Of a stretch of 32,920 bases of DNA, positions 8,555-15,292 are shown in pieces. The notes beneath the pieces were generated by a model, which was not told the origin of the DNA, made no database searches, and saw only the letters and a program-made list of their open reading frames with translations. The stretch lies in contig CAYIGD010000003.1 of assembly GCA_964362865.1 (NCBI GenBank), positions 7,926 to 40,845 of the forward strand, read 5' to 3'. The position numbers and the translations under genes were made by a program. Each line of letters opens with the position of its first letter. The first letter of the stretch is position 1. The DNA comes from an uncultured Candidatus Saccharibacteria bacterium. Lineage in GTDB: Bacteria; Patescibacteriota; UBA1384; JAGVHQ01.

Positions 8555-11461
8555 TCACGGTTGCTGCTTCGGATTAACGGCCGAGTACGGGCAGATTCGG
8601 TTGAACGGGCAATATTCACACACGTAGGTTGAAGGCGTAGCGCTAAATTCGCCTTTCGTTATCCCCTCTACTACGGTGTCTATTTTCTTTTTAACTTTTT
8701 GGGTGTTTATTTTTTGGCCTTCGAGCGTCCCGTATATATTCGAACCGACAAAAAATAGCTGAACCTGTGCGGGTAAGTGTTGATAGAGCTCTTGCCACGC
8801 GAGCGCATAGACGCCGAGCTGAATTGAATCCCGCGCTCTTCGATCCGCCTCTTCCTCGCTGCCCACCTCGGAAGTCTTAAAGTCCACAATCCTCGCTGCT
8901 TTCTTTGAACCGAACACGATGTCGATTACTCCCCGAATGCTGATTTTTTTGTAAGGGAATCGAAAAGGTGTTTCTACCTGGAGTGGAACTTCCCCAGTTT
9001 TGAATGTGTCATAGACTAACGCCAATGTATCGTGCCCTTCCTTCAGGCGCGCCTTTTCATGCTCACGTGAAAGAAATCCAACGCTCTCCCAATTGCGGTT
9101 GAATTCTTTGATTACCGCTTCTAATTTTGGTACGCGAGCGGCAATGAGCTCCTGAAACAAAAATGCAATCGCGCTGTGCATCGCTGATCCATATTGAATG
9201 CTGTGATGCTTTAAGATCGGGATTCGCAAGCGATGAATATAGTGATATTTCAGAGGACACGTCAGGTAGTCAAAGATTTGGTAGGAACTGAGACTTTTAA
9301 GTGCGGTATAGGCGGGCTTTTGCGTAGGCCGTTTAGTCGGTGCAAACGTTTTAATTCGTTTTTGTTCGGAACGCGTAATGGCGTGCCCTTTGGCGTGCGC
9401 AACATCGGTTGCTTCTAAAACAAAGGGTGATACGCGTTTCGTACGTACTCCTCCATAGGAGACCGCCGAGCTTAAGTAACATTCCAGTTTCGCCCTCGTG
9501 AGTCCGACGTAAAATAAACGCCGCTCTTCTTTGAGGTGCGCTCCGCTTTCGGGCAGACGTTCTTTGATAAGTTCGTCCGGAAACGCCAAGCCCTCACCGC
9601 GCTCACGCGTTGGAAAGCGGTCTGCCACTAAATTGGCAAGCACGACAACCGTAAACTCGAGCCCCTTAGCCGCGTGTACGGTTAAGACCCGTACGGCGTC
9701 CTCGTCCGGGTCGGGGGCAGTTTCAGGAAAAACTTCTCCTTGCTCTTCCGCCAACCCAAGGTATTCAACGAATTCCGTAACGTGCGCTTGGGCATGGTTG
9801 TGAATAAAATCCCGAATGATGTCAAAATACCTCGCGATGTGCGTTAAGCGCTCTTGTGCCTGGGCGCTTTCCCCCCGCGTAAGCGTTGCCAGTATTCCCC
9901 GTCCCTCCAACAGGGCGTAGAGAACTTCCCCGGCATTTTTTGTCGGGGCCAAGTCCTGCAATTTTTTTATATCGGCTGCAAACGCCTCAATGACCGTGCG
10001 TTCTTTTTTGTTTAACTCGTCCGGGAAAATTTCTTGCTGGATTAAACGCCAAAGTCCGACGCGTTTTGTGCGGGCAAGCGAAGAGAGCGCTGTAAGCGAG
10101 GAGCCCGAGATATTATACAGCCAGGAAGTTGCCGTAAGATAAATGCTTTGATCATCGAACGTGTTTGAAATTGTGCGCAACGCAGCGGTTAGTACGATCG
10201 AGTCCATGTTCCGGAAAAAACTGTGCCCGCTTGCTGAAAATATCGGAATCCCACGTGCCAAGAGCGCTTCAATAAACGGTTCAGCTTGGGCATGCGAGCG
10301 CACTAAAATCGCACAGTCGCTCCAGTGGATCTTTAAAATTTTTCGTCGCTCCCCAATCAGCTCCGCTACAACTTCAACTTCGGTGCGGCCAGTATCGGTT
10401 GCGAGGTGTTGCACAATAATTCCCGCTCCCCCTCCGATAAGGCGTTTGTTGATTCCGAGTGTCGTTTCCAATCGATCGGGATTGTTGTATTGGATCAAGC
10501 GGTATGCACTGTTTAAGATTTGTTGTGTGGAGCGGTAATTTTTTTTGAGAGTAATTATTTTTGCACGCGGGAAACGCTCTTTGAAATCAAGCATATTGGA
10601 AAGTGACGCGCCGCGGAACTTATAAATTGCTTGATCATCATCTCCAACCACCATCACATTCCCGCGATTCCCGCTAATTAGCATCATCAGTTCGTTTTGC
10701 GCCACATTAGTGTCTTGAAACTCGTCTACGACCAGGTATTGATACGCGGCGCGTACGCGTGCCAGAAGGTCTGGGCGGGAATGCAGCAGATGATAGGGTT
10801 TAACAACCAGATCGGCAAAATCAATCAATCCTTCTTGGGCCATGAGGTCTTCATAAAACGCATACGCGCGAGCGATTTCGATATGGCGTTGACGGTACAA
10901 ACGCTCTGCTTTGTTTGTATGGGGTAAGCGTGCCGCCCATTTTTGATACTCTTGGGGTGTGACAAGCTCATCTTTCGCCCGTCCGATCACCTTCACGAGC
11001 GCGCTTGCGTATTTTGTTGGGTTACCCAGTGGACGTAAGCTTTTTAAGTCCATGTTAAACAAGTGCGTGCGTACAAGATTGATTGTTTCCACCTCGTTTA
11101 GAATTCGAAAATTAGCTGGCAACCCCGCCTCGAGCGCGTATTTTCGCAAGAGCTGTTCTCCAAAGCGATGGAACGTACCGATAAACGTTTGAGTGTAGCC
11201 GTAGGGCAACAGCCGGTCTACGCGCTCCTGCATTTCGTTCGCGGCTTTGTCCGTAAACGTGAGCGCGGCAATGTGTTCGGCATCAATTTTTTGGGCGAGT
11301 ATGAGCCAGGCAATTCGGTGTGTAATCACAGTTGTTTTGCCGGTTCCCGGACCGGCTACGACCAGTAACGGAGCGCCTTTGTGCATCACTGCCTGCTTTT
11401 GTTCCCGATTCAAATCGTCAAGCTGAAAGGTATTTTTCATCGTTTTGACTGTATCATACAA
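8555..11461 (-). CDS. UvrD/PcrA-type SF1 helicase fused to a C-terminal RecB/AddB/Cas4-like Fe-S nuclease
   Basis: Helicase motifs AGPGTGKT, VVDEFQDTN, GDDDQAIYKFRGA, TVHAAKGLEF, YVGLTRAK. Nuclease part: GVIDIVF, RIVDFKTSE, QLGVYALA, plus four Cys (YLTCP ... CEYCPFNRIC = C-x2-C-x5-C). The start is either TTG 11461 or ATG 11440 (MKNTFQLDDLNREQ). Confidence 0.85.
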   Translation of the reverse strand: MYDTVKTMKNTFQLDDLNREQKQAVMHKGAPLLVVAGPGTGKTTVITHRIAWLILAQKIDAEHIAALTFTDKAANEMQERVDRLLPYGYTQTFIGTFHRFGEQLLRKYALEAGLPANFRILNEVETINLVRTHLFNMDLKSLRPLGNPTKYASALVKVIGRAKDELVTPQEYQKWAARLPHTNKAERLYRQRHIEIARAYAFYEDLMAQEGLIDFADLVVKPYHLLHSRPDLLARVRAAYQYLVVDEFQDTNVAQNELMMLISGNRGNVMVVGDDDQAIYKFRGASLSNMLDFKERFPRAKIITLKKNYRSTQQILNSAYRLIQYNNPDRLETTLGINKRLIGGGAGIIVQHLATDTGRTEVEVVAELIGERRKILKIHWSDCAILVRSHAQAEPFIEALLARGIPIFSASGHSFFRNMDSIVLTAALRTISNTFDDQSIYLTATSWLYNISGSSLTALSSLARTKRVGLWRLIQQEIFPDELNKKERTVIEAFAADIKKLQDLAPTKNAGEVLYALLEGRGILATLTRGESAQAQERLTHIARYFDIIRDFIHNHAQAHVTEFVEYLGLAEEQGEVFPETAPDPDEDAVRVLTVHAAKGLEFTVVVLANLVADRFPTRERGEGLAFPDELIKERLPESGAHLKEERRLFYVGLTRAKLECYLSSAVSYGGVRTKRVSPFVLEATDVAHAKGHAITRSEQKRIKTFAPTKRPTQKPAYTALKSLSSYQIFDYLTCPLKYHYIHRLRIPILKHHSIQYGSAMHSAIAFLFQELIAARVPKLEAVIKEFNRNWESVGFLSREHEKARLKEGHDTLALVYDTFKTGEVPLQVETPFRFPYKKISIRGVIDIVFGSKKAARIVDFKTSEVGSEEEADRRARDSIQLGVYALAWQELYQHLPAQVQLFFVGSNIYGTLEGQKINTQKVKKKIDTVVEGITKGEFSATPSTYVCEYCPFNRICPYSAVNPKQQP

Positions 11462-11486
11462 AATCCCTCGATTGCTCGAGGGATTT
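11461..11486 (-). terminator. Hairpin AAATCCCTCGA-gcaa-TCGAGGGATTT followed by T-run; terminator-like and SD-sequestering
   Basis: 11-bp perfect stem with a GNRA-like loop, followed on the minus strand by TTTTTG. The 3' arm contains GAGGGA, the only SD-like sequence in front of the TTG at 11461. Confidence 0.6.
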
Positions 11487-11490
11487 TGCT

Positions 11491-11563
11491 CTCTGAACCA
11501 GTTTGGACCGGGAAAGAGGTAAGGAGGGGTGAACCCCTTTCACCAGTCCAAACTGGCTCAGAG
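11491..11563 (-). repeat. 18-bp inverted repeat (one G-U) enclosing a 37-nt loop with an inner GGGGTtcaCCCC-type hairpin
   Basis: Plus strand CTCTGAACCAGTTTGGAC (11491-11508) pairs with GTCCAAACTGGCTCAGAG (11546-11563). On the minus-strand RNA the loop exposes CCUCCUUA. Confidence 0.75.
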
Positions 11564-11628
11564 ATATCAAACTAGAAGGTGCGATTCATCCGCCAGTCGG
11601 CGGATTGTCATTTGAATTATGACATAAA

Positions 11629-11657
11629 AGTATACCAAAGGTCAAAGGTGTTGTCAA
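11629..11657 (-). promoter_or_regulatory. Sigma-70-like promoter: TTGACA - 17 nt - TATACT
   Basis: The minus strand reads TTGACAacacctttgacctttggTATACT (-35 at 11657-11652, -10 at 11634-11629). Consensus -35, 5/6 -10, ideal spacing. Confidence 0.6.
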
Positions 11658-11742
11658 GAGAGTGAAATGTATTTCGGAACCAAGCTTGACGCGCCTGCGG
11701 AGCTTCCTCAATGCACCTTACTCTCTTGTTGTAAGGAAGATA

Positions 11743-11769
11743 GAAGAAAACGATAGGGTCGTTTTCTTC
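11743..11769 (-). terminator. Probable trx terminator hairpin
   Basis: The minus strand reads GAAGAAAACG-accctat-CGTTTTCTTC followed by TATCTTCC. 10-bp stem with a U-rich 3' side, about 60 nt after the trx stop. Confidence 0.45.
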
Positions 11770-11826
11770 TCCGATCGGCTACCGTCCTCCTCGGAGGGTC
11801 CGCCGATGAGGCGGATTGGCTATTTT

Positions 11827-12147
11827 CTATTGGCCAAGATGTTGTTCGAGTTTCTGTTTGAGCGAATCTTTGCTGACCGCCCCAATTACACGGTCAATTT
11901 CCTTACCGTCTTTATAAAAGATTAACGTCGGGATGCTCATTACCTGAAACTGCATCGCGGTCGTTTGGTTTTCATCCACGTCGATTTTTCCGAACGTCGC
12001 CTTAGCTGAAAAATCGTGCGAGAGTTCATCCACGATTGGGGAAATGATCTTGCACGGACCACACCAAGTTGCAAAAAAATCAACGAGCGCCACGCCTTTG
12101 GATTGGCCAATTTCCTTAGGAAAATTTGCGTCTGTTAAGTTTGTCAT
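11827..12147 (-). CDS. trxA: Thioredoxin
   Basis: 106 aa with active site WCGPCK and the typical thioredoxin fold sequence. Confidence 0.92.
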   Translation of the reverse strand: MTNLTDANFPKEIGQSKGVALVDFFATWCGPCKIISPIVDELSHDFSAKATFGKIDVDENQTTAMQFQVMSIPTLIFYKDGKEIDRVIGAVSKDSLKQKLEQHLGQ

Positions 12148-12203
12148 ATATCTCCTTGCGACACGTGATAACTAACAAGTGACATAGCCAGGACGTTGTG
12201 TTT

Positions 12204-12818
12204 CTACCTGCCGACTGGCAATTGGTTACTGGAAACTAGTTTGAATTTTAATTGTACCAGAGCGTGGGCGCCAAATAAAGTCCCACTGTAGAGCAGGTCA
12301 CTGACCAGCGTTGCCCCAAAGAAAGGGATTCCCATTACATAACTGGTGACTAAACCATCGGCGGTTAAGGGGTACATGTGAGTTGGCAGCCACAATCCTT
12401 CGGCCCAGACGCCAAAGTTCGTGATCAAAAAGAATACGGTTGATGCAAGCAGCGATCCGCCGATAATATTCGGTGCTGTTACCGCACTGGCAAAACTGCG
12501 GCCGATAAAGTGAGTCAGCGTAAATGCAGCATATACGTACCACATGCCGGAGTGAAAGCCGATGAAGGTATCAGAAAGAAGCATTGCCCCAAGAGTAATT
12601 GTTAAGCCCCACCATCGCCCTAAACGCGCCCCGCCAAAGAGGGCGATCGCGCCGATCGGAGCAAAGTTAGGCGGATGCGGCAGCAGGCGCGCAAGGGCGG
12701 CAATCAAAACAAGACCGGCGGCAAGTACCAAGTACCCAGTGTTTGTAGTGCTCTTTTTTTCATTCGTCACTCGTAGCTTGCCTGTCCTGCGCAGCTTGAG
12801 CGAAGTGGGATTATTCAT
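12204..12818 (-). CDS. Polytopic membrane protein (ECF-S-component-like / DUF6580-like), candidate cobalamin transporter
   Basis: I chose the start at ATG 12818 because the context is TAG-AGGAG-tt-ATG, 7 nt after the upstream stop. The longer 12974 start would overlap the upstream gene by 149 nt. It has 5-6 hydrophobic helices and the motif LPHPPNFAPIGAIALFGG. The family name is from memory. Confidence 0.6.
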   Translation of the reverse strand: MNNPTSLKLRRTGKLRVTNEKKSTTNTGYLVLAAGLVLIAALARLLPHPPNFAPIGAIALFGGARLGRWWGLTITLGAMLLSDTFIGFHSGMWYVYAAFTLTHFIGRSFASAVTAPNIIGGSLLASTVFFLITNFGVWAEGLWLPTHMYPLTADGLVTSYVMGIPFFGATLVSDLLYSGTLFGAHALVQLKFKLVSSNQLPVGR

Positions 12819-12825
12819 AACTCCT

Positions 12826-13533
12826 CTAAAATGCTTCCCATTTCCACTCCGTCGTGTCGCTGGCAATAACCGGTTGGGAGCCGGCGCCGACATTGGAGTA
12901 TTGTCCGTTAAAGTAGAAGGCCCAGTAGTGATGGTCGTCAAAGCAGAGATCGCCGAGGCAATCGACAAACTCACCGTAGGGTGGGAATTCCGTGGTACGC
13001 ACGCGGAAGCCGTTTTGTTGCCCGGCGCGCTTGAGCGCCGATAGGGCTGTATCGCCCGCTTGTAGAGCAGGAGTAAATGTTCCCAGATGTTGAATTTTTA
13101 TCGCGACAGTGGGAATCAGCGCGGGTATGGGTGAGGGCGTTGCGCCGGTTGCAGGCGGGCTCCAGTTTGATTGGCTCGACTGCGTTGCTTCTCCAGCGCC
13201 GATGGCGATCACTTGCGCCGGTCCATTCTGGGGTGGCTCTTCGGTTGGTTTTGCCGCCGCTTGGGCCACATTTTTCTGGATCTGTTTCGGTTTACTGTTG
13301 ACTGTTGGCTGAGCGCCTGCTGGCGAGGCAGGTTGGCTTTCCGCAGGCCCGGTACTCGCTGCCGTTTCATCAATGACGCCTTTCGCATTCAGCTGCGATT
13401 CAAGCTCGCGTACGCGTGTTGCAAGCTGTTCACGGTCTTTCCCGCGCCCAAACCCAACCCCGCCGATTACCAGACTAATCGCCGCGATGCCAACAAGCAG
13501 TAGGAATGAGCGTTTATAGAGTGATTGATGCAT
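12826..13533 (-). CDS. Membrane-anchored DUF4430 (transcobalamin-like) domain protein
   Basis: The C-terminal GDTALSALKRAG...YGEFVDCLGDL...HYWAFYFNGQYSNVGAGS...EWKW fits DUF4430. It has an N-terminal TM and a Pro/Ala/Gln-rich linker. I prefer the start at ATG 13533 (AGGAGG-aatta-ATG); an upstream ATG at 13590 has no SD. Confidence 0.65.
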   Translation of the reverse strand: MHQSLYKRSFLLLVGIAAISLVIGGVGFGRGKDREQLATRVRELESQLNAKGVIDETAASTGPAESQPASPAGAQPTVNSKPKQIQKNVAQAAAKPTEEPPQNGPAQVIAIGAGEATQSSQSNWSPPATGATPSPIPALIPTVAIKIQHLGTFTPALQAGDTALSALKRAGQQNGFRVRTTEFPPYGEFVDCLGDLCFDDHHYWAFYFNGQYSNVGAGSQPVIASDTTEWKWEAF

Positions 13534-13596
13534 TAATTCCTCCTGAAGATCCCTCCGTAGCTTTCGCATCAGGGGGACTTTCGTTTTCATAATTGC

Positions 13597-13750
13597 CTAT
13601 TTAAAAAAGTCTCACGGAGAGACTTTTGCCTTATCCGTGCCTTTCGACCGAAGGCGCGTAACGATTGGTATGGAACGCTAGTTTTCTGACTTTAACAGTT
13701 GCGGGACAGTGGCCGAATTGCACGGCACTTGCCTACGCGTTCCATAGGAT
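13597..13750 (-). promoter_or_regulatory. Cobalamin (B12) riboswitch, compact form, with intrinsic terminator expression platform
   Basis: Minus-strand RNA: UAUGGAACGC-GUAGGCAAGUGCCGUGCAAUUCGGCCACUGUCCCGCAACUGUUAAAGUCAGAAAACUA-GCGUUCCAUA. P1 is UAUGGAACGC/GCGUUCCAUA (13746-13737 with 13678-13669). The core carries the cobalamin signatures AGGcAA, the hairpin GCCG-UGCAAUU-CGGC, GCCACUG, CCCGCAACUGUuAA and AAGUCAG. Next come the hairpin GCCUU-cggucga-AAGGC and the terminator AAAAGUCUC-uccgu-GAGACUUUUUU (13627-13603). Confidence 0.8.
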
Positions 13751-13832
13751 TAATTTTTTAAGTCAAGAGCCTACTCACCATCACATGAGTGCTTGAGCTT
13801 GTCAAATTGAAACAGTCACGAGGTAGGTTCTA

Positions 13833-14369
13833 CTAGAAATCAATCCCCTGCTTGGCGAGAACGCCTTTGTCATAGGGGTGTTTAATCTTGCGCATTTCAG
13901 TGACCAAATCAGCTGCCTCTTCAATTTTAGGCGTTAATTTATGGCCGGTAATCACAAGGTCCAGCATGGGTGGTTTGGCGCGGATGAGCGCGAGCACTTG
14001 CTCTTCTGTTACGAGCTCTCCCGCGAGTGCCGAAAGCAATTCGTCCAGCACTACCACGTCCGCTTCCGGGTTCTTTACCAGCGCGAGCGCTTTACTATAT
14101 GTTTCTTTGACCGCGCGCAAATGGTCACGAAGCGGTTTTTTGTCGCCCATGATTTTGACCCAACCATCGCCCCAGCGTGAAATCTCAACCGTCGGCAAGT
14201 ACTTTTGAACCGCGCGGTACTCCCCTGTCTCCCACTGCTTCATGAACTGTAAAATCTTGACTTTTTTTTGATACCCTGCCGCGCGCAACACAAGCCCCAA
14301 GGCCGCGGTGGTCTTACCCTTCCCGTTGCCGGTGTAGATGATTACGAGCCCTTTATCAGACGCTTTCAT
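13833..14369 (-). CDS. cobO: Cob(I)yrinic acid a,c-diamide / cob(I)alamin adenosyltransferase (CobO/BtuR type)
   Basis: GLVIIYTGNGKGKTTAALGLVLRAAG...VVVLDEL...LVITGHK...VTEMRKIKHPYDKGVLAKQGIDF is collinear with E. coli BtuR as I recall it. Confidence 0.88.
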   Translation of the reverse strand: MKASDKGLVIIYTGNGKGKTTAALGLVLRAAGYQKKVKILQFMKQWETGEYRAVQKYLPTVEISRWGDGWVKIMGDKKPLRDHLRAVKETYSKALALVKNPEADVVVLDELLSALAGELVTEEQVLALIRAKPPMLDLVITGHKLTPKIEEAADLVTEMRKIKHPYDKGVLAKQGIDF

Positions 14370-14454
14370 AAAGCCACCATGGTGTTATGCGAGTTTCAGG
14401 GTTTTTTTCGATCCGGAGTATGTCTTTTTGTTGTTCGTCGAGCTGTTTTGGGAT

Positions 14455-14697
14455 TCATCTTATTGCTTCGTTCGTGAAAATTCGCTCCTGATCAATCCGA
14501 GTAAGAAGAGCGAGCATCTTATCCATACCGGTCATTATTTCGTTTTTAAATTTATAAAACCCTGCCTTTGTGAGTATCTCTTCAAACCGGTGATCATGTT
14601 CGATGAGCTTACTTGTTATCCGGTCAAACCGCTTGTCATGATCATCAAATCGTTGATCGTGCTCAAGTAGTGTGTTGATGATTATCTTTCCATTCAT
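14455..14697 (-). CDS. Small hypothetical coiled-coil protein with HDxRF(D/E) repeats
   Basis: 80-aa ORF with EHDQRFDDHDKRFDRITSKLIEHDHRFEEI. It is AT-richer than its neighbours, and I recognise no family. Confidence 0.5.
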   Translation of the reverse strand: MNGKIIINTLLEHDQRFDDHDKRFDRITSKLIEHDHRFEEILTKAGFYKFKNEIMTGMDKMLALLTRIDQERIFTNEAIR

Positions 14698-14789
14698 GTC
14701 CTCATCTTACTCCGCTAGCTGGCGGATGGCTAGTTTGTCTCGGTATGCTTACTAAGACGAGTCATACTAAAAGTTGTATAGTTTATGTC

Positions 14790-15137
14790 ATGGACGACAC
14801 TCAACTCTCACAGCGGGTCTGCATTGCCTGCCGGGGTGGCGTACCCCCGCTTGCGGGCGCAAAGCTTGCATGGTGGGTAGACAAGCTTAACCGTGAAACA
14901 AAGGGTTGGCAGATGATTGACGACCATCATCTGCGCAAAGAATTTTTATTTCCCGATTTCAGCTCAGCATTAGCGTTTGTGAATAAAATCGGCGCGCTTG
15001 CTGAAGAACAGGGCCATCATCCCGATCTCGAACTCGCATGGGGTCGTGTAGCCGTGAAGCTTTTCACGCACAAAATTGACGGCCTCTTCGACAGCGATTT
15101 CATTCTCGCCGCGCATATCGAGCAGCTACCACGCTGA
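14790..15137 (+). CDS. Pterin-4-alpha-carbinolamine dehydratase (PCD/DCoH)
   Basis: GWQMIDDHHLRKEFLFPDFSSALAFVNKIGALAEEQGHHPDLELAWGRVAVKLFTH matches the PCD signature (..HHPd......v...l.TH). The start is uncertain (ATG 14790 or 14745), and neither has a clear SD. Confidence 0.8.
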   Translation: MDDTQLSQRVCIACRGGVPPLAGAKLAWWVDKLNRETKGWQMIDDHHLRKEFLFPDFSSALAFVNKIGALAEEQGHHPDLELAWGRVAVKLFTHKIDGLFDSDFILAAHIEQLPR

Positions 15138-15292
15138 CTGTCTAACTTGCTTTTTGGGTAAAAACTCTACTTGTTGCAACAACCACAACTGCACCCATGT
15201 CCACTCACTGCTTCTCCTTTCATTAATTGCCAATCGCTTACTGTACCCTGACGTTAAAACACCCATCCGACTTCACTCAGTGTGGTTTGACG

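Noticed and set aside
11461-11622. SRP RNA or 6S RNA
   Set aside because: There is no helix-8 signature (GGAA/GNAR tetraloop with flanking AGCA/GGAA-type loops), and no single long helix with a central bubble. The RNA is a series of separate hairpins.
11662-11925. 87-aa plus-strand ORF
   Set aside because: It overlaps the trx 3' end antisense and spans the hairpin-rich intergenic region. It has no SD and nothing recognisable.
12819-12974. N-terminal 52-codon extension of the membrane protein ORF (start at 12974)
   Set aside because: It would overlap the DUF4430 gene by 149 nt. The internal ATG at 12818 has a perfect stop-AGGAG-ATG coupling context.
12562-13503. Plus-strand ORFs 12562..13044, 13109..13312 and 13171..13503
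   Set aside because: They are antisense to the two riboswitch-controlled genes. Their products are Arg/Ala-rich shadow-frame sequences with no SD.
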